Virus record (IMG/VR): IMGVR_UViG_3300026097_000017
Span: 1-64,000 of that record
Direction: 5' to 3' (one strand)
Length of the DNA: 64,000 bases
Source of the DNA: a virus
The notes under the pieces were generated by a model. It had not been told where the DNA came from, did no database searches, and saw nothing but the letters and a program-made list of their open reading frames with translations. The translations under genes were made by a program, and so were the position numbers. This document shows, in pieces, positions 27,256 through 36,816 of the stretch. How positions within the stretch are numbered: the stretch's first letter is position 1; each line of letters begins with the position of its first letter.

Positions 27256-28477
27256 CCCATGAACCAGTCAATCCTGCAACTTCATACTCCGTCACTCTAT
27301 TTTCAAAGAAGTTGGTGTGATCAGCACCACTCAACACCCACTCCAACCATGGTAAAGGATTTTCCTTAACCTTGAAGTTTGGCTTCAAGCCAAGCTGAAG
27401 CAGACGTCTGTCAGTGATGTAACGAATATACTGCTTGACTTCTGCAGCATCAAGTCCCTCAATCGTTCCTATCTTGTAAGCCAGATCAATGAACTTATCT
27501 TCTAAGTCAACTGCCAGTCTTGACATTTCATAGATCTCTTTCTTAAATTCTTCATCTACGATTCTAGGATGCTCTGAACAGTATGATCTGAACAGCTTTG
27601 AGTTTCCTTCAACATGCATAGATTCATCACGGATTGACCACTCAACAACCTTGCCCATGCCTTTCATCTTACCGAAACGCTGGAAGTTTAACAACATAAC
27701 GAATGATGCAAACAGAGCAACACCCTCATTCATCACAGACTTAGCAAGAGCTAGTCCCAGTCCGCGAACAGTAGAAGGATCGGCATCAGTCATAAACTCA
27801 ACTTTGTCCACCATTTCAGTGTATTCAAGGAATGCGTGATATTCTGACGCTGGTAATCCCAAGGTCTCATTGAGAAGCGCATATGCCCGCTGATGGATTC
27901 CTTCACGTGCAGCAAAAGAGCCAAGCATATTACGCACCTCATTATTTTTAAACTTCGGAATGAACTGATCGTAATAGTTTTGCCCAACTGCAACATCTGA
28001 TTGTGTGAATAATCTCAATATGTTAGTGATGTACTCTTTCTCAACAACACTCATTTTACCTGACTTCCAGTCAGAAACATCTTCTGACAAATCAACCTCA
28101 TCTTCAATCCAATGTGCTTTTTCATGCCGAGTAGTAATCTCGACAGCCCACGGATAATGGAATGGTTTGAATGTAGTAGAGAACTGCGTGAGTCCACCAG
28201 ACTTCTTCTTTAAGATATCTTCAGCTTTACGCATCAACTGATCATAGCCTCCGATATGCTTACCCTCAATAAAGATTTGCGGAACTGAGTTCACTGCTCT
28301 AAACTCAGGACTTTCACCGATAGTATCTTGAATGCCATTAATTTTCTGATAAAATGCTAGACGCTGTTCTTCATCATCCAGCTTAACTTCGGTGTAATTA
28401 AATCCATGTTGTGTCAACCAATCTTTAGCTTTAACGCAGAATGGACAGTTAGACTTTGAATATACTTGAATTTCCAT
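27236..28477 (-). CDS. nrdB: glutaredoxin-fused ribonucleotide reductase beta subunit
   Basis: N-terminal CPFC...VPQIF...IGGY; R2 motifs REGIH, RDESMH, NFFE. Confidence 0.95.
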   Translation of the reverse strand: MEIQVYSKSNCPFCVKAKDWLTQHGFNYTEVKLDDEEQRLAFYQKINGIQDTIGESPEFRAVNSVPQIFIEGKHIGGYDQLMRKAEDILKKKSGGLTQFSTTFKPFHYPWAVEITTRHEKAHWIEDEVDLSEDVSDWKSGKMSVVEKEYITNILRLFTQSDVAVGQNYYDQFIPKFKNNEVRNMLGSFAAREGIHQRAYALLNETLGLPASEYHAFLEYTEMVDKVEFMTDADPSTVRGLGLALAKSVMNEGVALFASFVMLLNFQRFGKMKGMGKVVEWSIRDESMHVEGNSKLFRSYCSEHPRIVDEEFKKEIYEMSRLAVDLEDKFIDLAYKIGTIEGLDAAEVKQYIRYITDRRLLQLGLKPNFKVKENPLPWLEWVLSGADHTNFFENRVTEYEVAGLTGSWDEAYAA

Positions 28478-28485
28478 TTATTTCC

Positions 28486-30255
28486 CTACCCTTGACATGC
28501 AACGCATTCATCTTGCGACTCATTAGTTTCATTGAACTCTACCAATCTATCACGTTCAATTTTCTGAGCCACGTTTTCTGCTCTATTTGAAGTCTCAGTT
28601 CTTAAATAATACAAACCTTTACAACCATACTTCCAAGCATTATAGTGTGCTGTGTGCACATATGACTTTGGTGCACCTGCTGGGAAGAATAGATTTAATG
28701 ATTGCCCTTGGCACAAATACTTCTGCCGAGTACCGCCAAGATAAACAACCCAATCCTGATTAATCTCAATCGCAGTTTTGAATACTGCCTTTTGTTCATC
28801 AGTCAAAAATGCAAGATGCTGCACAGAACCACCATTGGTGATGATTGAACTCCATACATCTTGCGTGCTCTTATCTAGCGATTCTAATAATTGCTCTAGA
28901 TACTTATTCTTGACGAGATGTGAACCTGCTCTTGTTCGGTGCGTGTAAGCATTAGCTTTGATGGGCTCGATACTCGCACTAGTTCCACCAATGATAGAGC
29001 TGTTAGCATTCGGAGCAATCGCAAGTAAGTGTGCGTTGCGTCGACCAGTACCTACCATGTCTGGTGCTTCACCACGTTCCTTACCCATTAACAACGTTTC
29101 TTCAATAGCTTCGCTCTGAATATGCTTGAAAATGCTTTCATTAACTTCACGTGCTTCTTCAGATTCAAAGGCGACCATGTGCTTCTGCAAATATGAATGG
29201 AAGCCCATAGCTCCTAGTCCTAAAGATCTTTCTTGGCTTGCACTATAACGTGCACGTCCGATCTCTTCTCCTGCGTGATCAATGAAATACTGCAGGACGT
29301 TGTCAAGAAAGCGGATAAGATCACGAACAATAGTGGAATCCTTCCACTCATCAAATTTCTCCAAGTTTAATGAAGATAAACAACATACTGCCGTCCGATC
29401 TTCTGATGTTGGTAAATGAATTTCATTACATAAATTACTACCATGAATCTTCAATCCCTTTTTCTTCATGGTTTCTGGTAATGCATTATTAGCGGTGTCA
29501 ATAAAATTCAAATATGGCTCACCTGTACGGAAACGTGTTTCTAAGATTTGTTCCCACAACTTTCGAGCTTTCGCTGTTTCTCTAACTGACTTATCGCTAG
29601 GATCAATCAAATCCCAGTCAGCATCATCTTTAACTGCTTGCATAAATGCATCAGTCAAATTAACAGCATGATGCAGATTCAAACACTTACGATTGACATC
29701 CCCTGTTGGGATACGCATGTTCAGATACTCAATAATATCTGGGTGATCAATGTCGATGTATGCGGCATATGATCCTTTGCGTGTTTTGCCCTGACGATAC
29801 GCTGTCATGTCAGCATCAACTGTGTGCAAAAATGGCATTGGTCCAGGAGCTTTATCTGACACTGAACGCACATTGTTCCAGTGTCCTCCGACACCACCAC
29901 CCTTTACTGAAAGCCAACGCAGTTCGCTCGAGTGCTCAATCAACCCCTCTAGTGAATCTGGAACATATGCCAAAAAGCAAGAGATGGGGAGAGCTTTAAC
30001 CTTCTGTCCAGGCAAAACAGCATTCGATAAAATGGGTGATGAGAACATGAACCAACCCTTTGAGGCTCCGTCGTAGATCCTCTGAGCTAACTTCGTGTCA
30101 CCATAGGAATACGCTACTGCTGCTCTAGCATAAGCCTCCTGAGGAGAGTCTTCCCCATCAATCATGTAATAGTCTTGTAATAGTTTAAGTGCTTGATCTG
30201 TAAGAACTTTGTCTCTCGTTAGATCAATGGTAATACCAAGATGCTCTTTCTGCAT
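28486..30255 (-). CDS. nrdA: class I ribonucleotide reductase alpha subunit (no ATP cone)
   Basis: ISCF, SNLCNEI, VCCLSS, APNA, YYLR, C-terminal CVACQG. Confidence 0.95.
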   Translation of the reverse strand: MQKEHLGITIDLTRDKVLTDQALKLLQDYYMIDGEDSPQEAYARAAVAYSYGDTKLAQRIYDGASKGWFMFSSPILSNAVLPGQKVKALPISCFLAYVPDSLEGLIEHSSELRWLSVKGGGVGGHWNNVRSVSDKAPGPMPFLHTVDADMTAYRQGKTRKGSYAAYIDIDHPDIIEYLNMRIPTGDVNRKCLNLHHAVNLTDAFMQAVKDDADWDLIDPSDKSVRETAKARKLWEQILETRFRTGEPYLNFIDTANNALPETMKKKGLKIHGSNLCNEIHLPTSEDRTAVCCLSSLNLEKFDEWKDSTIVRDLIRFLDNVLQYFIDHAGEEIGRARYSASQERSLGLGAMGFHSYLQKHMVAFESEEAREVNESIFKHIQSEAIEETLLMGKERGEAPDMVGTGRRNAHLLAIAPNANSSIIGGTSASIEPIKANAYTHRTRAGSHLVKNKYLEQLLESLDKSTQDVWSSIITNGGSVQHLAFLTDEQKAVFKTAIEINQDWVVYLGGTRQKYLCQGQSLNLFFPAGAPKSYVHTAHYNAWKYGCKGLYYLRTETSNRAENVAQKIERDRLVEFNETNESQDECVACQG

Positions 30256-30260
30256 TCTTA

Positions 30261-31259
30261 TTAACACCTTTTCCAGACATTCAAAGCCAGCAATGCTGCC
30301 ATCCCTGAATGTGTGTTTTTATCAATTAAAGACTGGATATCTGACGTACTGAAACCTGCCATTATCATATCGTTTATATCTTTAAACGGCATGTAATCTG
30401 GCCAAATACAAACTGAGTAGCCTGATTCGATAGTTTTTTCGATACGTTTAATGATTTCAGAGTTTCTTTTCTCATTGTCAAATACAAATACAGTCTTTCC
30501 CTTGTTTAAGTATGAAAGATTTATGTCGGCTCCTGCCATGGCTATGGCGTTGTACAAGAACATTGAATCGATTGGACCCTCTACAACATAGACAGTCTTA
30601 TTGATATTCAATGTATCCAAACCAAATACTTTTGGAGCTTCCTCATCGAGCATTATCGTAATGTATTTTGCATCACTTTTTGCTAGAGCCCTTCCTTGAA
30701 ACCCGATGAGTTTTTGCCGTTCATCAAAAAACGGTATGATTAATCTCGGCTCTTCTCTTTTTATATTTTTAAATTTTTCAGGGACGACGCTATTGACCCA
30801 CTCGAAAAATTTAGGTGCATAAAAAAGTTTCGCATGATACTTGTTAGGTATCTTGCGGTGTAGTATATATTTCTTTAGTGGATGCTCGTGGCTTAACTGA
30901 GAGACTTTCTGTATATTTTTTAAAGCCCCATGAACTTCATACTGCTTCCTTTTCGGAATCAGTTTATCTTCCTTCCGAGTTCTTCCCTCAGTAAATTTTT
31001 CTAGACTGTACTGGCGATAAAGCTCAGGATCAATGCGCTCAAGTAACTTTGAGAAACTCATGCTCTCATAACAATTGTGACACTTGAACACCAGTCGATC
31101 TTTGAATCGAAATAGGTATCCTCGTGTTTTGCTTTTGTTTTTCTGGGAGTCGCCGCAGATGGGGCAACGGAAGTTATAGAGATCGTTATCTTTTCTGCTG
31201 AACTTCTCTAGTTTAGGCGATAGAAATCCGATGAACTTATGATCAACCCACAACGACAT
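30261..31259 (-). CDS. gp61: DNA primase (T4 gp61)
   Basis: FRCPICGDS...CHNC, VEGPIDS, FDNE, KDINDM. Confidence 0.95.
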   Translation of the reverse strand: MSLWVDHKFIGFLSPKLEKFSRKDNDLYNFRCPICGDSQKNKSKTRGYLFRFKDRLVFKCHNCYESMSFSKLLERIDPELYRQYSLEKFTEGRTRKEDKLIPKRKQYEVHGALKNIQKVSQLSHEHPLKKYILHRKIPNKYHAKLFYAPKFFEWVNSVVPEKFKNIKREEPRLIIPFFDERQKLIGFQGRALAKSDAKYITIMLDEEAPKVFGLDTLNINKTVYVVEGPIDSMFLYNAIAMAGADINLSYLNKGKTVFVFDNEKRNSEIIKRIEKTIESGYSVCIWPDYMPFKDINDMIMAGFSTSDIQSLIDKNTHSGMAALLALNVWKRC

Positions 31260-31286
31260 AATATACTCCAATAATTTAAGGGATCA

Positions 31287-31315
31287 AGTATATACTAAAC
31301 TAATCAAGAAAGCAA
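31287..31315 (-). promoter_or_regulatory. sigma70 promoter TTGCTT-N17-TATACT for the primase/nrd operon
   Basis: Consensus boxes. Confidence 0.75.
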
Positions 31316-31618
31316 GGACTGAACTGCAGGAAGCTGGGCTATGACAAACCCAGCTGCAGTTGCGATACCGATTACAAACCACTTCCACTTTTCAAGTTCG
31401 TTGAGTCTTTTATCCATCTTTTCGTGATGAGTCTTAGACTCTTCTTTCATCTCTTTGATCTCTTTCATGATCTCTTTATGAGATGAGGCAACTTCTTCGT
31501 AAAGTTCGTCTCTCAAGGAACCAATCCTTTTGTGTAATGTTTCGTACTGTTCTTGCGCTTCCACGCGACGAGACTCCAGTAATCGTAGTATGTAATCCTG
31601 TTCCATATTTACCATCAC
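31304..31618 (-). CDS. coiled-coil protein with C-terminal TM (gp61.1-like position)
   Basis: RLNELEKWKWFVIG. Confidence 0.7.
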   Translation of the reverse strand: MMVNMEQDYILRLLESRRVEAQEQYETLHKRIGSLRDELYEEVASSHKEIMKEIKEMKEESKTHHEKMDKRLNELEKWKWFVIGIATAAGFVIAQLPAVQSLLS

Positions 31619-31971
31619 TTTTCGCTAGAAGATTTATTCTTACCTTTTTGCGCAATAGCATCCGCTCCAAAAAATGCTGATACTAATACAGCAATAGATG
31701 CAAAGTATGTTGGAGCAATGTCTGCGATTAATTGAGCAGCAGTATCTAAACCAAAAGCTGAGGTTAGGAATATGCCAATAGGATATAGTAAAAGTCCAAA
31801 TAAAGCAAACCATGCCATCTTACGAATAGCATCACGTTGAGCATCTTGATCTTCTAGTTCTTTGCGCTTAAATTCCAAGTGCATATCCATCTCTTCTTTA
31901 GAGATGTGCCCATCACCGTTAGTGTCAATACCTTCGACGCATGATGCATCAATTGTTTTAGTGTCAGCCAT
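31615..31971 (-). CDS. EF-hand plus 2-TM holin-like protein
   Basis: DTNGDGHISKEE loop, two TM helices, basic C-tail, next to spanins. Confidence 0.65.
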   Translation of the reverse strand: MADTKTIDASCVEGIDTNGDGHISKEEMDMHLEFKRKELEDQDAQRDAIRKMAWFALFGLLLYPIGIFLTSAFGLDTAAQLIADIAPTYFASIAVLVSAFFGADAIAQKGKNKSSSEK

Positions 31972-32035
31972 TAGATTTTCCTTCTTATTATAGATTCAAT
32001 CAGTTCCTATAACAAAGCATAATCTAACTAACTTC

Positions 32036-32042
32036 TATTTAT
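32036..32042 (-). promoter_or_regulatory. late promoter ATAAATA
   Basis: Upstream of the holin-like gene. Confidence 0.45.
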
Positions 32043-32410
32043 TGCAATTTAGTTTCGCTGACAGTAACATCATCAGCATTCGGATTTACCGCATCCTCAT
32101 AGTAAACAATTATCTGTGTTTGTTGATTAATATACCTTCTCAGCTCACCAACGTTTAACGCCAAGTTTTCATAATCTCTGATAGATAATGCGACAAAAGC
32201 CAAATCACCATTTAGCTCTTGAAATTCTAAAATGAACTCTTCCAAGTTTTCTTTATTGACAACATGGATTCGAGTATCAACCAGCTGGACTGGCTTCGGT
32301 CTCTCCACTATCGGGACTTGCGTCTTCTCGATTTTGGTCACTACCTGTACTTTCGGTTCTGGCGTCGGGCTGAACAGGCTGCAACCAGTCAGGAAGAGCA
32401 GAGTCGCCAT
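32039..32410 (-). CDS. o-spanin lipoprotein (Rz1/PseT.2-like)
   Basis: Lipobox LLFLTGC, Pro-rich linker, DYENLALN...YYE; overlaps the i-spanin. Confidence 0.8.
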   Translation of the reverse strand: MATLLFLTGCSLFSPTPEPKVQVVTKIEKTQVPIVERPKPVQLVDTRIHVVNKENLEEFILEFQELNGDLAFVALSIRDYENLALNVGELRRYINQQTQIIVYYEDAVNPNADDVTVSETKLQ

Positions 32411-32783
32411 CGCCACCAGTGTCTTGTTCGATATCACGCCACAATTTTGCCGTTGCACCATTCATCTTACCTTCTAATAATTCTGGCTTAGTCTTAGCCA
32501 ATTCAGTTAAATTATGTCTTCTCAATTTATTTCTAAGTTCATCACCGTATGCCTCAGCCTTTTGAAGCTCACCCTGAAGTTTTCTATTAGATTCAGCAAA
32601 TCGTTCCATGTCATTCTGAAGCGATTTAATGCTATCTTCACTAATAGCGATAGCAGTTTCTAACTTAGCGTTATTTTCTCTGAGTACACCGATACGTTCT
32701 TGTGTGTCATTATAATACCAATAAAACGCACCACCCATAGCAAACATCAATACAGCCATTACAGCCGCAAGTTTCAATCCCAT
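32277..32783 (-). CDS. i-spanin (Rz/PseT.3-like)
   Basis: N-terminal TM plus coiled coil, LAKTKPELLE. Confidence 0.8.
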   Translation of the reverse strand: MGLKLAAVMAVLMFAMGGAFYWYYNDTQERIGVLRENNAKLETAIAISEDSIKSLQNDMERFAESNRKLQGELQKAEAYGDELRNKLRRHNLTELAKTKPELLEGKMNGATAKLWRDIEQDTGGDGDSALPDWLQPVQPDARTESTGSDQNREDASPDSGETEASPAG

Positions 32784-32884
32784 TACTTTTTAAACCTTTT
32801 CACAAAATCAATAATGCCATCAAGTTTCCAGCGAATAACCCATCCTGCGGCAAACCCTACGATAAATCCTAGTGTCATAAACAT
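32783..32884 (-). CDS. small single-TM peptide (33 aa)
   Basis: Read manually: MFMTLGFIVGFAAGWVIRWKLDGIIDFVKRFKK; GAGGAG RBS. Confidence 0.65.
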   Translation of the reverse strand: MFMTLGFIVGFAAGWVIRWKLDGIIDFVKRFKK

Positions 32885-32894
32885 ATTTAACTCC

Positions 32895-33788
32895 TCAAAT
32901 TTTTAATACTTGATTGGGCGTTTTGAAATCCTTTTTTCTCATCACTGTCTTAGCGACCAAATCAATTTCCTGATTATCTGAATCCCAGTTTAAAACGAAA
33001 GGAAGATTCACATCAGTTTGCATATCTTTAATTACTGCCTGCGCATCTGGACCAAGCTGTGCAATCTTTTTACCATACTTCCGATACGTTTGCTTAAACA
33101 AACGAACGAGTTCGGCTGGAGTAATATCTTTAAAGTTGCGAGCGTCATTAACACGGTCAATGAAATGGCGAGTAAATTCAACATCAATACCAACAGCTCT
33201 GAATAATTTGTCAGCATATTGTTCAACCTTCTTTAGATCACCAAGAGTAACCTTTTCCACCAAGTCTGCTTTTTTCTTTCTTCTTAGAATGCTAGAACCA
33301 TCAACGGGACTGCGGAATCTTTTACGATTTCCTTTCATACCCACTTGATATTTTGGTGATCTCCAGTGAACAGGATCATCACCTGTTCCTGCTACTGCAG
33401 CACCAGTAGACATAGTCGGTGCATCTTCTTTTACGCTCTCTGATAAAGTCTGCATATCCTGTTGATCTGCAAACTTCCAAAAATCTTCTTCAAGTGTTTT
33501 TAGAGATGTGTTCTTACCCTCTTTCAGCAAAAACAATGCAGCTGTGTAGCGACCAAGCATCGTTCTACCAAAAGGAACTTTGGCTAGCATCTTTTTTAGA
33601 TTGTTAACTAGAAGATCCATGTGAGTGAATGCTTCTTTTTCTTCACGTGTCTTCAGTTCTCTTCTTTTTCTGAGAACCTTTCCATCAGCATCAATGATTC
33701 CAAGCTGATATGCCTCTGTTTCCTCGAACGGAGTAGACAGTTTCTTGAGGAACTGATACGTGTAGAATGTTTCAAGCGGACTTTTCAT
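32895..33788 (-). CDS. conserved T4-like virion-associated protein
   Basis: YQFLKKLSTPF...AYQLGIID.DG...ALFLLKE; second domain FTRHFIDRVND. Confidence 0.75.
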   Translation of the reverse strand: MKSPLETFYTYQFLKKLSTPFEETEAYQLGIIDADGKVLRKRRELKTREEKEAFTHMDLLVNNLKKMLAKVPFGRTMLGRYTAALFLLKEGKNTSLKTLEEDFWKFADQQDMQTLSESVKEDAPTMSTGAAVAGTGDDPVHWRSPKYQVGMKGNRKRFRSPVDGSSILRRKKKADLVEKVTLGDLKKVEQYADKLFRAVGIDVEFTRHFIDRVNDARNFKDITPAELVRLFKQTYRKYGKKIAQLGPDAQAVIKDMQTDVNLPFVLNWDSDNQEIDLVAKTVMRKKDFKTPNQVLKI

Positions 33789-34185
33789 AGCTCTGTTCCA
33801 ATAACTCTCTTACTGTTTCGTCTTCTTCGATGTCACGCAAATAAATATCATCAGCATTCACGCCAATACCTTCTATTATGTTGACATCAATCCCCAAGAA
33901 CACTAAAAATGCTTTCAAATAACCATGATGTAAAGGATCAATTTTCAAAAACAACATTCTAGTTGCAGGATAATCACCAAAAAGATTGCGTAAAATTGTC
34001 ATATGAGTTATAATCAGTCTTGACTGTAACTCACCCTTATTCATAAAACGATTGAAGAGTCTTCTCAAATACTTGATTCTCTTCAAGTCATCCTGAAACT
34101 CCAACACACTTACACAATCAGGATTCTCATAATGTTTGGCAGCATATAGTTCAAAGTTCAAATCATCTAATCTTTCAAAACTCAT
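33772..34185 (-). CDS. conserved T4-like hypothetical protein
   Basis: NFELYAAKHYENPDC...FQDDLKRIKYL. Confidence 0.8.
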   Translation of the reverse strand: MSFERLDDLNFELYAAKHYENPDCVSVLEFQDDLKRIKYLRRLFNRFMNKGELQSRLIITHMTILRNLFGDYPATRMLFLKIDPLHHGYLKAFLVFLGIDVNIIEGIGVNADDIYLRDIEEDETVRELLEQSYEKSA

Positions 34186-34193
34186 TATAATAG

Positions 34194-34457
34194 TTATTCT
34201 GTCGGCATTTCATCTTCAGGTTCATCTTCTTGGGGATACAAAAGATAATCCCTAGCAGATGAAATTGACTCCTTCGCTCTGCTAATCTTGTTCATCCACC
34301 AACTGGGGAGAACATGATCTTCAGCAGGAATAGACTCTAACTCTTCTAAAATTTCTTCAGCTTCATCTCCGATGATTTCAACCATACGTTTGGCAGAAGC
34401 CAAGTCCATATGCCCGCTTTCGGAAATGGTAGTCAAAAAGTCTTCAAACTTCTTCAT
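34194..34457 (-). CDS. putative internal head protein
   Basis: N-terminal MKKFEDFLTTISE resembles the T4 capsid-targeting sequence; LPSWW.NKI. Confidence 0.65.
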   Translation of the reverse strand: MKKFEDFLTTISESGHMDLASAKRMVEIIGDEAEEILEELESIPAEDHVLPSWWMNKISRAKESISSARDYLLYPQEDEPEDEMPTE

Positions 34458-34458
34458 A

Positions 34459-34860
34459 TTAGAATACCTCTAATGCAACTCTTTTGATTACAGTATTAGA
34501 TACTGCAACATATAGATAGTTTTCATCCCAGAACAACTTGCCATCATGAGCAGCAACTGGTGAACCAAAAACTGTTGTAGCATTATTTGAGGCAGGTGTC
34601 TTGGCTGTATTGATCTGTACATGATCATTATTAGCAATCAACACACCAGTTACAGTTGTGTTTGCCTTAAAGAAGGACTTCGCTTCAATAATCGTATTCG
34701 CAGTAGTTCTCAACGTCCCTACTGCGATCGGATCAAAGAAGTTTTGTACAGTAACCTTCTTATTGGCTGGTGTTCCGCTTGGGTCATTGACCACATGTAC
34801 CAAGTCATCGCTCGATACTGCGGTCAACTCATCAAGCTGAGTGATCTTTTTATCAGCCAT
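34459..34860 (-). CDS. virion structural protein (fibre-like)
   Basis: MADKKITQL.ELT...DDL...NKKVT; WDENYLYVAV..N. Confidence 0.7.
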   Translation of the reverse strand: MADKKITQLDELTAVSSDDLVHVVNDPSGTPANKKVTVQNFFDPIAVGTLRTTANTIIEAKSFFKANTTVTGVLIANNDHVQINTAKTPASNNATTVFGSPVAAHDGKLFWDENYLYVAVSNTVIKRVALEVF

Positions 34861-34870
34861 CAGTTAATCC

Positions 34871-35845
34871 TTATGAATCAGGGAGTTCTACATCACCACT
34901 GTCATCATCACCGTCGCCAGTGATTGTCGACATAGCAACGAGTACTTCTGCTTTCTGACGTGTATTACCATTAGAATCAGTATATTGATCAGTGTAATGC
35001 ACCCATCCAGCGTGAGAAGAACGCTCAGAATCTCTTGCTTCTACAGTAGCAGTAGCAGTTGAACCTGAACCACCAGCTCCACCGAATGTTACAGCAGGTG
35101 CTGAAGTGTAGCCATATCCCGCTTCAGTGATTGTGATAGTAGAACCAACTCCGATTGTCAAATCCACAGTCAAAGCGTCATCGCCCGAACCATCAATCTT
35201 AGTTGTGGTTGCTTCATCAAGAGTAGGCAATACAGTATAAGAACCGCCATCTACGATAGTTAATGCTGTCACAACACCTGACGCATCAGTAGTGACTGTC
35301 GCGTTTGCTGATGTACCAGTTCCACCATCAACTTCAATCGAATCACCGTTAGCGTATCCAGATCCACCAGCATCACCAACTGCCATTGTGATTACAGTAC
35401 CTACCGCTGTAGCAGTAGCAGTTGTTCCACTAGTTGGTGCAGCAAGTGTTACAGTTGGACGAGCAGTGTATCCTGTACCTGCAGCAGTCAAAGTGATTGC
35501 AGTAACCTTGCCTTCATTTACACCCATTTCCGCTACAGAAACGCCATAAACTTGGTCACCATCAATTGACGTGTCGCCATCAATAACATATGCAGGCTTT
35601 TCACTTACAGTGTATGCCTTACCAGTCAATGTACCAGTAGTCAGTTCAGTGTTTGATACTAAAGTCATTGATGTTGCATTAGTGATTGCAGAAATCACTG
35701 CTTCCCCGCCAGCGTCAGCAATAGCGATGACATCACCTGCTGCATAGTTGTTAGCAAAAAATGTATCTGTTCCAGTAACAGTCAATCCGCTCAAAGCAAC
35801 TGTTCCTGGTGACGCAATATCGTCTTTATTTCCCCAGAGTGACAT
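34871..35845 (-). CDS. virion structural protein with GxGYT-x-P-x-V repeats
   Basis: MSLWG N-terminus, four GxGY-type repeats, HAGWV...EVLVAM C-terminus. Confidence 0.75.
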   Translation of the reverse strand: MSLWGNKDDIASPGTVALSGLTVTGTDTFFANNYAAGDVIAIADAGGEAVISAITNATSMTLVSNTELTTGTLTGKAYTVSEKPAYVIDGDTSIDGDQVYGVSVAEMGVNEGKVTAITLTAAGTGYTARPTVTLAAPTSGTTATATAVGTVITMAVGDAGGSGYANGDSIEVDGGTGTSANATVTTDASGVVTALTIVDGGSYTVLPTLDEATTTKIDGSGDDALTVDLTIGVGSTITITEAGYGYTSAPAVTFGGAGGSGSTATATVEARDSERSSHAGWVHYTDQYTDSNGNTRQKAEVLVAMSTITGDGDDDSGDVELPDS

Positions 35846-35871
35846 GTTTAGTCTCCTTTAATTAGTATTAT

Positions 35872-35878
35872 TATTTAT
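35872..35878 (-). promoter_or_regulatory. late promoter ATAAATA
   Basis: About 27 nt upstream of a start with AAGGAG RBS. Confidence 0.6.
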
Positions 35879-36507
35879 TTCTTTTCTTTAGCAAGCATAT
35901 CAGCAACTTTCTTATATGTTGCAATATCTTTCTTGCTGAGACCATAATCATTTGCTTTTCTTTCCAGATCAGCTATTCCTGGACCTTTGCCTTCGGAATG
36001 CGTACCACAAGAACCTTCGTGCACTTTACCACATTTTTCGCACATAGCTTCCATAGTTTCCCCAAACATAGACTTACGCAATTGATCTAGTTTCTTTGGA
36101 GAAACACCAAACTTAGCAATCGCATCTTTCTTAGACATGCCATCAAGCATTGCCTTCATTGCCGCAACTGCTTTTTTATCTTGCACACCTTCGTCTATTT
36201 CTACTTCAGGATTGACTTCTACTTTGTCTTCCTTTTTCTTTTCACTATCTTTGCCCATTGCTTCAGTCACTTTGTCTGGGTCCAGCTTGATTGTTACAGG
36301 AAACGTTTTTCCGCCAAACTCAAACTCTTTTTTCCCAGCCTTTTTGGCAGCTGCAGCCTTTACGATAAAGTCCTGAGCTGATTCAGTAGAAATTTCTTTT
36401 GGGATCTCTACTTTGATGCCATTTTTCTCAAAAACTTTCGTGCCAGTCATGACATTTTTAACAGCTTCTAGCATACCGCTAGAATAACTAAATTTAGAAC
36501 CGTACAT
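35875..36507 (-). CDS. putative internal head protein
   Basis: Lys/Glu-rich modules bounded by hydrophobic-x-E; GKKEFEFGGKTFPV. Confidence 0.7.
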   Translation of the reverse strand: MYGSKFSYSSGMLEAVKNVMTGTKVFEKNGIKVEIPKEISTESAQDFIVKAAAAKKAGKKEFEFGGKTFPVTIKLDPDKVTEAMGKDSEKKKEDKVEVNPEVEIDEGVQDKKAVAAMKAMLDGMSKKDAIAKFGVSPKKLDQLRKSMFGETMEAMCEKCGKVHEGSCGTHSEGKGPGIADLERKANDYGLSKKDIATYKKVADMLAKEKK

Positions 36508-36802
36508 ATTTTTCTCCTATGAAATCCCGTTCTGTTATCTTTACGATTAAATTCGTAGTACCTTTAATAACCCGATGAAAGTCGTATGCCTTCACCAAAA
36601 TAGTCATACCCTCTTCTAACTCAAAGGGAACTTTATTGTCATACTGAAACTTCCATCCTGCACCACCCATAATTTCAATAATACGATCTTTTTTATCACG
36701 GTGCCAAATAAATTCGCTGTTAGACAAATTTACTGAAAATTCTCTCAAGAAGGATTTACTACCTTCTTCTCTCCAATCTTTGTATGGTATAGATTCACTC
36801 AT
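36494..36802 (-). CDS. cupin-like protein
   Basis: WHRDKKDR...GWKFQYDN..P...HRVIKG. Confidence 0.7.
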   Translation of the reverse strand: MSESIPYKDWREEGSKSFLREFSVNLSNSEFIWHRDKKDRIIEIMGGAGWKFQYDNKVPFELEEGMTILVKAYDFHRVIKGTTNLIVKITERDFIGEKYVRF

Positions 36803-36816
36803 TGCATTCTCCAGTA

